64,000 bases of DNA from Candidatus Acidiferrum sp. (GCA_035602395.1 DATNMH010000037.1:1378-65377), one strand, 5' to 3'; positions 1-8,159 are shown, counted from the first letter of the stretch. Numbers and translations: made by a program. The notes: a model not told the origin generated them from the sequence alone.

Positions 1-806
1 AGGGCATACGCGACCATCGCGCCCACCGCGATCAGAGGCGCGGCACGGGGGAGTAGCCGGCCGATGGCCTGCTGCATGATCTTTGCAAGGAGGCTGACCT
101 TTAGCCCCGAGATGACAACGATGTGGATCAGCCCGCTCGCGATCATCTGCTGCTGGAGCCCCGGCGGCAGCGCCGCGCGATAGCCGAACACGACCCCCAG
201 CACCAGCGCCGCTTGCGGTTCCGGGAGGGCTCGGTCGACGGCATCGACGAGGGCGTGGCGAAACGCAAACAGGGCCGCGTGCACCGGATCGCCGGCGCCG
301 GAGGTCACCCGAACCAACCGCGCGGAAGGCATCACGCCCGCAATCCCCTGCTCGGCAAGGTAAGCGCGATAGTCGAATTGGTCGAAGCGCGGCGCCTCTT
401 GGATATCGCCCCCGACTAGCACGAGGTCGCCGTAGTGAACGGGCGTCAGACCATAGACGGTTGACAGCACCCGCAGGTCACTCGTGGTCTGCCCCAAACT
501 CGAGCTGATCCGATCGACCTTGATGACCAGGCGATGCGTGGTCTTGCGATCGACGGGATCGTCGTCAACGCGGCCTGTGACGAGCACATTCTGTCCAGCA
601 ATGCCGTCCGGCAGGGCGGGCATGGTCGCGACCACCCCTCGCCCGGCGCCCAGCATGAAGGCGACAAGAGAGAGGCCGACCAGCAGCGCAGCGTCGCGTT
701 TCACGATGGCGACCGCGATCGCGAACAACGCGGCGAGGGCCAGCCATGGATACAGCGGGCTCAACAGCATTGCCGTTATGACGCCGACACTCCATCCCGC
801 CAGCAC
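1..806 (-). CDS. comEC: ComEC/Rec2 DNA-internalisation channel, N-terminal part (gene runs off the window start)
   Basis: Absent from the ORF track because it is truncated by the window edge. My minus-strand translation gives ...RFDQFDYRAYLAEQGIAGVM...ALPEPQAALVLGVVFGYRAALPPGLQQQMIASGLIHIVVISGLKVSLLAKIM..., which is the DUF4131-plus-competence-domain pattern. It lies directly downstream of comEA. The GTG start at 806 is approximate. Confidence 0.75.
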   Translation of the reverse strand, partial: MLAGWSVGVITAMLLSPLYPWLALAALFAIAVAIVKRDAALLVGLSLVAFMLGAGRGVVATMPALPDGIAGQNVLVTGRVDDDPVDRKTTHRLVIKVDRISSSLGQTTSDLRVLSTVYGLTPVHYGDLVLVGGDIQEAPRFDQFDYRAYLAEQGIAGVMPSARLVRVTSGAGDPVHAALFAFRHALVDAVDRALPEPQAALVLGVVFGYRAALPPGLQQQMIASGLIHIVVISGLKVSLLAKIMQQAIGRLLPRAAPLIAVGAMVAYA

Positions 807-877
807 GGCGGCCAGGCTCCACCACCGAGGTTCTCTCTCCCCTATCCCGGACGAGGGTCTGGCTGGGGCGTCTATCT

Positions 878-1471
878 TCAGGGCACGACCAGCGACTTCG
901 CCAATTGCTTGTAGGTGGCGGCATCCAGACCCATCGCCGACTTGAGCTCGGTTAGCGCGATGAAGCCACCAAAGTCCTCGCGATATTTGATGATCGCGTC
1001 GGCCAGCGGCCCGTCCATGCCGGGTACGAGTAGCAACTGGTCTCGCGTCGCGGTGTTGATGTCGAGCTTGACCTTCTTTGCTTTTGCGCAGTGGCCCGTG
1101 AAGGGTACCGCCACCTGCTTGGCATCTTTGACACGGGCCGCGAGGTTCGGTAGGCAATTGGGGTCGGCATCCAGCGTCAGGCCGCCCGCGGCAACGATGG
1201 CGTCGCTGACCCGCAGAGTCGCGGCAATCGTGTACAACCCAGGGTGCTGCACCGCGCCACTGACGTAGACGATCACGGTGCGCTCCTGGGCCGCGTCGAC
1301 CTGGTCCGCCGAGATGACCGCTGGCGGCGTCGCCGCAGGCACCGGCCGTGGCCAGAGCACGTAAACCGCCACGCCGACTACCGCCACCGCCAGCACACCG
1401 GCCAGCTGCCAATCGTGGCGATAGAGCCAGCCGAGCAGCCTGGCCCTCAACAGTTCTGTATGCTTGCGCAC
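878..1471 (-). CDS. comEA: ComEA-type DNA receptor (membrane anchor, SLBB-like core, helix-hairpin-helix)
   Basis: 197-aa ORF with an N-terminal hydrophobic anchor (LAGVLAVAVVGVAVYVLW), a VIVYVSGAVQHPGLYTI...VSDAIVAAGG core and a C-terminal HhH (INTATRDQLLLVPGMDGPLADAIIKYRE). GTG start. Confidence 0.85.
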   Translation of the reverse strand: MRKHTELLRARLLGWLYRHDWQLAGVLAVAVVGVAVYVLWPRPVPAATPPAVISADQVDAAQERTVIVYVSGAVQHPGLYTIAATLRVSDAIVAAGGLTLDADPNCLPNLAARVKDAKQVAVPFTGHCAKAKKVKLDINTATRDQLLLVPGMDGPLADAIIKYREDFGGFIALTELKSAMGLDAATYKQLAKSLVVP

Positions 1472-1523
1472 GCTTAGTCCGTGAGGCGCGAACGATCCGC
1501 GAATTGCAGGAGCACGCCCGGGC

Positions 1524-3983
1524 TTAAGCGGTGACCAGGTTGATCAGCCGGTCGGGCACATACACCGCGCGACGCACCGCGCGGTCACCGATCGCGCGGC
1601 GGACGTTCGCACCCTCCAGCGCGAGCTGCTGCGCAGCCGCCTCATCGATCCCGGCGGGCATCTCGATTCGGTCGCGCACTTTGCCGTCGACCTGGATCAC
1701 GACGGTGACCTGGGCGCGACGCAGGATGGCCGGGTCAGGCTGCGGCCATGGTTGAAACACGACCAGGCCCTCACCACCGAGGCGCTGCCACAGCTCTTCG
1801 GCGAGGTGGGATGCGAACGGCCCGAGCATCAGGGCCAGGTCGCGGCAGACCGCCTCCCAGGCCTCGTTGCGCTCGCCGCCGGCCTGCAGGTAGTCCTGCA
1901 TTGAATTCGAGAGTTCCATCAGCGCCGACATGGCGGTGTTGAAGTGGAAGGCCTCGACGTCGCGCGTCACCTTCTCGATCGTCTCGTGCAGTTTGCGGGT
2001 GAGGTCTTGGTTCGATACGGGCGCCATCCCGGGGACCACCTCGTCTTCCTCGGCAACGACGTGCCGCCACACTCGGTGGAGGAAGCGGGCGACGCCGTCC
2101 ACGCCGCGGTCATTCCATTCGGCGTCCTGGTCCGGTGGGCCGATGAACAGCTCGTAGACCCGACCGGTGTCCGCGCCATATTTCTCCACCATGTAGTCCG
2201 GTGTGATGCCGTTGCCCTTCGACTTCGCCATCACGTAGCCGTTGCGATGGATCATCCCCTGGGTGAAGAGCGCGGCGAAGGGCTCGTCGACCGAGACCAT
2301 GCCCGCGTCGAAGAGGGCCTTCATGAAGAACCGCGAGTAGAGCAGGTGGAGGATCGCGTGCTCGATGCCGCCAGTGTATTGATCGACCGGCATCCAGTGG
2401 TCCACCCTCTTCTTGTCGAACGGAAGGGTCTGGTTGTGCGGGTCGGCGTAGCGGAGGTAGTACCAGGACGAGTCGACGAAGGTGTCCATGGTGTCGGTCT
2501 CGCGGCGGGCGGGCTTTCTACAGATGGGGCAGGTGGTGTTGAGAAACGAGGGCGTGTGCAGCAGCGGGTTCTGGCCGTCCGACCGGAATTCCACGTGGTC
2601 CGGGAGGCGCACCGGTAGCTGGTCGTAGGGCACGGGGACGATGCCGTGATCAGGACAATAGATGATCGGAATTGGCACGCCCCAGTAACGTTGCCGGGAG
2701 ATCAGCCAGTCGCGGAGGCGGAAGGTGACGGTGCGCTGGCCGATGCCCATGCGCTCGGCCTCGGCGCTGATCCGCTCGATCCCCTCCTTGACGCTGAGCC
2801 CGCTGAAGGATCCGGAGTTCACTAAGACGCCCTCGTAGGCCTCGAACGCCTGGTCGAGCGGTTGGCTCGACGCCTCGCGACTGATGCTAATCACCTGTCG
2901 GATCGGCAGCTTGTACTTGCGCGCGAACTCGAAGTCGCGGCTGTCATGGGCGGGTACGGCCATGATCGCGCCGGTGCCGTAGGTGGCAAGCACGTAGTCG
3001 GCGATCCAGATCGGGATCCGCTCTTTGGTGAAGGGGTTGATGGCGTAGGCGCCGGAAAAGACACCGGTCTTCTCGTGCTCCGTGGAGAGGCGCTCGATCT
3101 CGGTCTCTACTTTGGTGCGTTCGATGTACCCATCGACGGCGGCGCGCTGGTCGGGCGTCACGATTTTCGGGACGATCTCGTGCTCGGGGGCCACCACCAT
3201 GAAGGTTGCGCCGAACACCGTGTCGGGCCGGGTCGTGAAGACGCGCAGCTTGCCGTCTTGCTCGATAAAGAACTCGAGCTCCGCGCCCTCACTCCGGCCG
3301 ATCCAGTTGGCCTGCATCACCTTGACGCGCTCCGGCCAGCGATCGAGCTTGTTCAGGTCATCGAGGAGCCGCTGGGCGTAGGCCGTGATCTTGAAGAACC
3401 ACTGCTCGAGTTCCTTTTTGGTGGGCTTGGTGCCGCAGCGCCAGCAGGCGCCGTTGACGATCTGCTCGTTGGCGAGCACGGTGTTGTCCTTCGGGCACCA
3501 GTTGACCCACGCCTTCTGCTTGTAGGCGAGGCCCATCTCCAGAAATTTCAAAAATAGCCACTGGGTCCATTGGTAGTAGTCCTCGTTGCAGGTGGTTACC
3601 TCGCGGTCCCAGCCATAGAGCACGCCCATGATGTCGAGCTCGTGCTTGGAAATCGCGATGTTGCCCTCGGTGGAGACCCGCGGGGGAATGCCGCTCTTGA
3701 TGGCGGCGTTTTCCGCCGGCAGACCGAAGGCGTCCCAACCGAACGGGTTCAGGACGTTGAAGCCCCGCATGGCTTTGTAGCGGGCAAAGGCATCGCCAAT
3801 GACGTAGTTGCGGAAATGCCCCATGTGCAGGGGGCCCGAGGGGTAGGGAAACATAACGAGGTTGTAGAACTTGGGCTTACTCGAGTCCTCGGTGACGCGA
3901 AATAAGCCGGCCTTCTTCCAGGCCTCGCGCCACTTGGGCTCGATCGCCTGCGGATCGTAGACGGGTGCGACAGTTCTGGCCAT
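1524..3983 (-). CDS. leuS: Leucyl-tRNA synthetase
   Basis: Class I motifs PSGPLHMGHFRNY (HIGH-type) and VMAKSKGNG (KMSKS-type), with overall LeuS layout. The ORF-track start at 4178 is rejected because 3997-4072 is a tRNA. The ATG at 3983 gives MARTVAPVYDPQAIEPKW. Confidence 0.95.
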   Translation of the reverse strand: MARTVAPVYDPQAIEPKWREAWKKAGLFRVTEDSSKPKFYNLVMFPYPSGPLHMGHFRNYVIGDAFARYKAMRGFNVLNPFGWDAFGLPAENAAIKSGIPPRVSTEGNIAISKHELDIMGVLYGWDREVTTCNEDYYQWTQWLFLKFLEMGLAYKQKAWVNWCPKDNTVLANEQIVNGACWRCGTKPTKKELEQWFFKITAYAQRLLDDLNKLDRWPERVKVMQANWIGRSEGAELEFFIEQDGKLRVFTTRPDTVFGATFMVVAPEHEIVPKIVTPDQRAAVDGYIERTKVETEIERLSTEHEKTGVFSGAYAINPFTKERIPIWIADYVLATYGTGAIMAVPAHDSRDFEFARKYKLPIRQVISISREASSQPLDQAFEAYEGVLVNSGSFSGLSVKEGIERISAEAERMGIGQRTVTFRLRDWLISRQRYWGVPIPIIYCPDHGIVPVPYDQLPVRLPDHVEFRSDGQNPLLHTPSFLNTTCPICRKPARRETDTMDTFVDSSWYYLRYADPHNQTLPFDKKRVDHWMPVDQYTGGIEHAILHLLYSRFFMKALFDAGMVSVDEPFAALFTQGMIHRNGYVMAKSKGNGITPDYMVEKYGADTGRVYELFIGPPDQDAEWNDRGVDGVARFLHRVWRHVVAEEDEVVPGMAPVSNQDLTRKLHETIEKVTRDVEAFHFNTAMSALMELSNSMQDYLQAGGERNEAWEAVCRDLALMLGPFASHLAEELWQRLGGEGLVVFQPWPQPDPAILRRAQVTVVIQVDGKVRDRIEMPAGIDEAAAQQLALEGANVRRAIGDRAVRRAVYVPDRLINLVTA

Positions 3984-3996
3984 GTCAGTGAAGGAG

Positions 3997-4072
3997 TGGT
4001 GGAGCCGACGAGATTCGAACTCGTGACCTATTGCATGCCATGCAATCGCGCTCCCAGCTGCGCCACGGCCCC
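3997..4072 (-). tRNA. tRNA-Ala (anticodon GGC), CCA encoded
   Basis: Reverse complement is GGGGCCG TG GCGC AGCTGGGA GCGC G ATTGC ATGGCAT GCAAT AGGTC ACGAG TTCGAAT CTCGT CGGCTCC A CCA. It folds as a cloverleaf with a G3:U70 identity pair and anticodon loop AT-GGC-AT. It lies 13 nt upstream of the leuS start. Confidence 0.9.
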
Positions 4073-4210
4073 ACACGCGCGGGTCGAGGGTCAAGTTTAG
4101 CGAACTCACCGGATCGAGAGCGGCGGACGGCATCGCCACCGTCTCAGTATACACGGATTTGTGTAACTGTACCGGCAAACCAGCCGGGGTCGGCTCCTAT
4201 CATTCCTGCG

Positions 4211-4702
4211 ATGCAGCACCTCTGGGCGCCCTGGCGGAAGGAATTCATCAAGGGCCCCAAGCCCGAAGGCTGCTTCTTCTGCGCCGCGGCGGCCGCCGAC
4301 CCCTCGCAGGATGCCGATCACCTCCTGCTCGCCCGCTCCGACCTGGCGCTGGCGATTCTCAATCGCTATCCGTACAACAACGGGCATCTAATGATCGCCC
4401 CCAGGGCGCACCTCGCAAACCTGGAAGAGCTGCCGCCGGCGACGGCGAACGAGGTGATGGCCCTAACGCAACGCGCCCTACGCGTCCTGCGCCAGGTGCT
4501 CTCGCCGCACGGCTTCAACCTCGGAATCAACGCCGGCAAAGTTGCCGGCGCTGGCATCGCCGACCACGTGCATCAGCACGTCGTCCCGCGCTGGGACGGC
4601 GATACCAATTTCATGCCAATCCTTAGCGACACCAAGATCCTTAACGAGAGCCTTACGACGAGCTACCAGGAGTTGCGCGCCGGTTTCGATCGACTGCCGT
4701 AA
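4211..4702 (+). CDS. HIT-family nucleotide hydrolase/transferase (GalT-like / Ap4A-phosphorylase-like branch)
   Basis: Histidine triad HVHQHVVPRW and an N-terminal WAPWR...CFFC element. The ATG at 4211 (MQHLWAPWRKEF) is preferred because the upstream part of the track ORF overlaps the tRNA region and is low-complexity. Confidence 0.8.
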   Translation: MQHLWAPWRKEFIKGPKPEGCFFCAAAAADPSQDADHLLLARSDLALAILNRYPYNNGHLMIAPRAHLANLEELPPATANEVMALTQRALRVLRQVLSPHGFNLGINAGKVAGAGIADHVHQHVVPRWDGDTNFMPILSDTKILNESLTTSYQELRAGFDRLP

Positions 4703-4786
4703 CGGCCATCGTTATTCGATCACGGCTCAATTAGGTCCATACGGCGGATGAGCCGCACGGAATGTGGTGCTACCGTCGTTCTAACC

Positions 4787-5062
4787 ATGAAGAGACATCG
4801 CAGCAAATCGGGGCAGGCACTGATCGAATATGCCTTCCTCATGGTCTTGCTGGCGACCGTCGCTATCGCGGTGATCATCATGGCCGGCACCCAGCTCACG
4901 ACCCTCTACAACGACGTGAGTTACGAATTCACCCACCTCACCGACTCCACCACGCTCGCGCCCGACGGCGTCACCACCGTGAGCCCGGGCGCGTCGCCCT
5001 CTTCCTCATGTCCCGCCGGCAAGACGCTGCAACTGCAAGGGCACAAGTGGAAATGCAAATAG
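4787..5062 (+). CDS. Flp/Fap-type pilin-like protein with extended Cys-loop C-terminus
   Basis: Basic leader MKRHRSKSG followed by QALIEYAFLMVLLATVAIAVII (the G/xxxxEY class III signal motif plus a hydrophobic helix). An unusual roughly 55-aa C-terminal part ends in CPAGKTLQLQGHKWKCK. Confidence 0.65.
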   Translation: MKRHRSKSGQALIEYAFLMVLLATVAIAVIIMAGTQLTTLYNDVSYEFTHLTDSTTLAPDGVTTVSPGASPSSSCPAGKTLQLQGHKWKCK

Positions 5063-5361
5063 CGCCGGTTGACCTGCGACGCCCGGCCGGCCCACGCGGG
5101 CTGAACCGGCTGCTGGCCAACCGCCAGCTCTGGAAGAACGCGATCTACTCGATCGCGATGATCACCTACCTGTGCTCGTTCCTGTTCTTCGGACTCGCCA
5201 TCGCCGAGGTTCGCGACTCGGGCGCGACCATGACCGCGCTGATCGACCTGATCGTGGCCCTGTATTTCCTGGTGCAGGTGATCTTCCTGTTTGTGCTCTC
5301 CGGCGTCGTCGAGCGTCGTCGCCAGAGCCAGCCGATCGACTTTCCGGATCGGCGCAGCTAG
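5053..5361 (+). CDS. Small two-TM membrane protein overlapping the Flp-like gene by 10 nt
   Basis: The ATG at 5053 lies inside the last codons of the Flp-like gene (aAATGCAAATAG). The product MQIAPVDLRRP...IYSIAMITYLCSFLFFGLAIA...LIDLIVALYFLVQVIFLFVLSGV has two clear hydrophobic helices. No family was recognised. Confidence 0.45.
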   Translation: MQIAPVDLRRPAGPRGLNRLLANRQLWKNAIYSIAMITYLCSFLFFGLAIAEVRDSGATMTALIDLIVALYFLVQVIFLFVLSGVVERRRQSQPIDFPDRRS

Positions 5362-5379
5362 GGGCCGGCCCGCCGGCCC
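5362..5379. terminator. GC hairpin 1 nt after the stop codon in a convergent intergenic region (terminator candidate, no U-tract)
   Basis: GGGCCGG CCCG CCGGCCC forms a 7-bp perfect stem with a 4-nt loop. It sits between the plus-strand gene ending at 5361 and the minus-strand thiolase ending at 5464. There is no T-run, so the call is weak. Confidence 0.2.
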
Positions 5380-5474
5380 ACGCGAGCCGCGCCGAGGCCT
5401 CGCCCCACGCGAGCCGCGCTTCAGTGCGATGCGAGCGTTTGAGAGGTTAGTGCGATGCGAGCGTTAGAGGCGTT
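5375..5474. repeat. Tandemly duplicated repeat modules Y (x2) and Z (x2); same family as 36270-36316
   Basis: Module Y is ggcccacgcgagccgcgc (5375-5392) and gccccacgcgagccgcgc (5402-5419). Module Z is agtgcgatgcgagcgtttgagaggtt (5423-5448) and agtgcgatgcgagcgttagaggcgtt (5449-5474). The last copy includes the thiolase stop codon and its last codons. Confidence 0.8.
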
Positions 5475-6618
5475 CCACGATCGTCGCGATGCCCATGCCG
5501 TAGCCGATGCACATCGTGCTCAGCCCATAGCGAGCATCCTGCCGCTCGAGCTCGTGCAGCAGCGTCGTGATCAGACGGGCGCCGCTAGCGCCGAGCGGAT
5601 GTCCGAGGGCGATCGCCCCACCGGAGTAGTTCACCTTTTCCATGTCGGCGCCGGTCTCGTGTTGCCATGCGAGCACCACCGGGGCAAAGGCCTCATTGAC
5701 TTCAAAGAGATCGATGTCCTTGAGCTGCAGCCCCGCCTTCTTGAGCACTTTCGCGGTCGCGGGGATCGGGCCGGTCAGCATGATCGTCGGCTCCGACCCG
5801 ACAATCGCCTGGGCGACGATCCGTGCCCGCGGCTTGAGCCCCAGCTCTTTCGCCTTTTCCTCGGTCATGACCAGAACGGCCGCGGCGCCATCGCTGATCT
5901 GGCTGGAATTGCCGGCGGTGACGACACCATCCTCCTGGAATGCCGGCTTGAGCTGCGACATCTTCTCGCGTGACGGGGGCATGCGCACCCCCTCGTCGAT
6001 GGCGAATTCATGGCTGCTGCCGTTCTGCTTCACCTGGACCGGGAAGATCTCGCGCGCGAACCGGCCTTCTTTGATCGCCTGGCCCGCCTTCATATGGCTC
6101 TGGTAGGCGAACTCGTCCAGCTGCTGCCGGCTGAATCCCCACTTCTTGGCGATCATCTCGGCGGAATTGCCCTGCGGGATGATCTCGAACAGATCCATCA
6201 GCTTGGGGCTGACCGGACCGTCACCGGGCCCAAACGCATCCGAGCCCATGGGCACGCGCGACATGTTCTCCACGCCGGCGCCGATCACAATGTCTTGCGC
6301 ACCGGACATCACGCCCTGGGCAGCGAAGTTGACGGCCTGTTGGCCGGAGCCACAGAAGCGATTGATCGTCGTCCCCGGAACTTCGATTGGAAATCCCGCG
6401 ATCAAGGCGGCGGCGCGGGCGATGTTCATGCCCTGCTCGCCAGTCTGGGTGACGCAACCCGCCACGACGTCGTCGACCTGCGCCGGATCGACGCCAGCAC
6501 GCGTCACGAGTTCGCGCAGCGTGAGGGCCAGGAGATCATCCGGCCGGACCGGGCTGAGCGAGCCGCCTCGGCGGCCGATCGCCGTCCGGACGGCTTCAAC
6601 GATTACGGCTTGGCTCAT
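5464..6618 (-). CDS. Acetyl-CoA acetyltransferase (thiolase II family)
   Basis: 384-aa ORF with the acyl-Cys region INRFCGSGQQA, NEAFAPV, GGAIALGHPLGASGARL and the C-terminal CIGYGMG motif. Confidence 0.92.
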   Translation of the reverse strand: MSQAVIVEAVRTAIGRRGGSLSPVRPDDLLALTLRELVTRAGVDPAQVDDVVAGCVTQTGEQGMNIARAAALIAGFPIEVPGTTINRFCGSGQQAVNFAAQGVMSGAQDIVIGAGVENMSRVPMGSDAFGPGDGPVSPKLMDLFEIIPQGNSAEMIAKKWGFSRQQLDEFAYQSHMKAGQAIKEGRFAREIFPVQVKQNGSSHEFAIDEGVRMPPSREKMSQLKPAFQEDGVVTAGNSSQISDGAAAVLVMTEEKAKELGLKPRARIVAQAIVGSEPTIMLTGPIPATAKVLKKAGLQLKDIDLFEVNEAFAPVVLAWQHETGADMEKVNYSGGAIALGHPLGASGARLITTLLHELERQDARYGLSTMCIGYGMGIATIVERL

Positions 6619-6723
6619 GAAACAAAACTCCCTGTGATGATGACCTACCCAGCCCCTACGAGTCTAAACCCCGAGTTCGCTTAGAATGTTCCGGCACATG
6701 CGAGCTAGGACGGGACGGGCCTT

Positions 6724-6819
6724 TTGGGCTCGGTAATCAAGAAGCGCAGAAAAAAGATGCGCAAACACAAGCACAAGAAGATGCTCAAGGCGACGCGTTG
6801 GCAGCGCCGGACGAAGTAA
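6724..6819 (+). CDS. bS22-like ribosomal micro-protein (31 aa, TTG start)
   Basis: Too short for the ORF track. Hand translation: TTG GGC TCG GTA ATC AAG AAG CGC AGA AAA AAG ATG ... TAA = MGSVIKKRRKKMRKHKHKKMLKATRWQRRTK. As I recall it, the MGSVIKKRRK(R/K)M...RTRxQRR pattern matches actinobacterial bS22 (AURKAIP1/COX24-domain family). Confidence 0.65.
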   Translation: MGSVIKKRRKKMRKHKHKKMLKATRWQRRTK

Positions 6820-6867
6820 CGAGCGTTTGAACTAGGCGACCCGCAATAGGTAAAACGGGTCCGTACG

Positions 6868-6895
6868 CCGGTTTTCCCCCGAGAACCGGGCTTTG
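6868..6895 (+). terminator. Hairpin plus short T-run downstream of the bS22-like ORF (terminator candidate)
   Basis: CCGGTT-ttcccccgag-AACCGG followed by gctttgg. A second hairpin, GACCCG-12 nt-CGGGTC, lies at 6838-6861. The T-tract is weak. Confidence 0.25.
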
Positions 6896-6907
6896 GCCGC
6901 AAACGAT

Positions 6908-7536
6908 TCACTTCCCGCTAGCTACCGGGTGTAGCACGCCGGTCACGCTCACCTTGCCATAACGGTTCGCCAGATAGCGGATCGTCGCTGGGTCTGCGAC
7001 CACGACGCCAATGCCGAGGGTGTCGCCGCAGGTGATGATCTCCGTCACAGTGATACCCTGCGCCTTCAATGCGGCTTGGTCATCCAGCACCTGCTGTTGG
7101 CGCGGAGGCATGCCAGACGCAGACGATGTGCCTGGTGGCTGGATGCAGGGGTCCGGCACTAATGTCGCCGGCGCCCCTCTCTTGGGCTGCTCCGTGAGCG
7201 TCAGGCACCCCCGTCCCAATTGCCCACCAGGTGCATCACGGGCGTCATCAGGGTACCGTTCGAGTAACGCGTAATGCCGGGGATGTGCTCGATGTCCGCC
7301 CCATTCACTCGGATTCCTCCGCCGCACTGCGGCGGAAGCGACTGCAGGATTAGCAGGCAGGCATATACGGGGCCACCTTTCTCCGACATCAGCACCGTGG
7401 CAACGTCATAGGTAACCCCGCGAATCGTCACGGGACGCTCGGCGCTGCCCACGCCGAGCACGCCCAGGCCCACAGCCACCAGGCCAAGGCCTAGGGCGAC
7501 CAGCCTGCCACGAATGTCCACAATGGAGGAACGCAC
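6908..7536 (-). pseudogene. Signal-anchored secreted protein split by a frameshift at a C5/G5 homopolymer
   Basis: ORF 7201-7536 (MRSSIVDIRGRLVALGLGLVAVGLGVLGV...HLVGNWDGGA*) and the protein-like distal part of ORF 6908-7327 (...LTLTEQPKRG...ITVTEIITCGDTLGIGVVVADPATIRYL...) are in different frames. They abut at the run ccccc (7208-7212), and one extra G on the coding strand would fuse them (..NWDGGCLTLTEQ..). No family was recognised. Confidence 0.5.
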
Positions 7537-7613
7537 GAACTGATCAAAAGTTCCCGCGGTGAGACCCGTTCCGTGCGGCCCGTACCTTGTTCAGGTGGCC
7601 GCTCAAAGGCGCG

Positions 7614-8135
7614 CTAATGCACCGTTACGAGCTTCTGAACGAGGTTCTCCAGGTGAGCCTCGGACGTCTCCCCTGGATAACGATTGACGACCACACCGCG
7701 CTGGTCGATGAACACGAACGATGGCGGCGAGTCGACTCGGTAGGCGGCCGCCAGGCTGCCGGCATCGTCGTACAGGCTCGGGTAGGTCACCTTGAACTCG
7801 GCGACGAACGCCCTGGCGAGCGCGCGGTCGTGGTCGAGGAGGTCGACACCGACAAAGCGGATGCCCTGCCCGGCATACTTGGCCGCCAGTGCATTCAGGC
7901 CGGGCTGTTCCTGGCGACAGGGTCCGCACCAGGCGGCCCAGAAGACCAGGACGGTCTTGGACTGGCGAAAGTCGACTGAAAGGTGGTCGCCGGCTAGCGC
8001 CTGCCCGGACAACGGTGGCGCCGCCGTTCCCACCCGCCCATTGGGGGCCGCCTGCGAGACATCCGGCTGGAGCGTACAGGCGGACAACAGCACGGCGACG
8101 GCCAGGATCAGGCCGGCGAACGCGCGGCGCGGCAT
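7614..8135 (-). CDS. TlpA/ResA-like thiol-disulfide oxidoreductase lipoprotein
   Basis: Thioredoxin-fold WAAWCGPC active site and a lipobox LLSAC after a signal peptide. The ATG at 8135 is preferred over the TTG at 8159. Confidence 0.85.
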   Translation of the reverse strand: MPRRAFAGLILAVAVLLSACTLQPDVSQAAPNGRVGTAAPPLSGQALAGDHLSVDFRQSKTVLVFWAAWCGPCRQEQPGLNALAAKYAGQGIRFVGVDLLDHDRALARAFVAEFKVTYPSLYDDAGSLAAAYRVDSPPSFVFIDQRGVVVNRYPGETSEAHLENLVQKLVTVH

Positions 8136-8159
8136 CCCGCTGGGCCTGCGCCCCTGCAA

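Noticed and set aside
3984-4178. N-terminal 65-aa extension of the LeuS ORF in the six-frame track (start at 4178)
   Set aside because: This stretch is the reverse complement of a perfect tRNA-Ala cloverleaf (3997-4072). The conserved LeuS sequence begins at the ATG at 3983.
5375-5474. Possible CRISPR array or minisatellite
   Set aside because: There are only two copies of each ~18-26-nt unit with no unique spacers of CRISPR size. No cas genes are present and part of it overlaps coding sequence.
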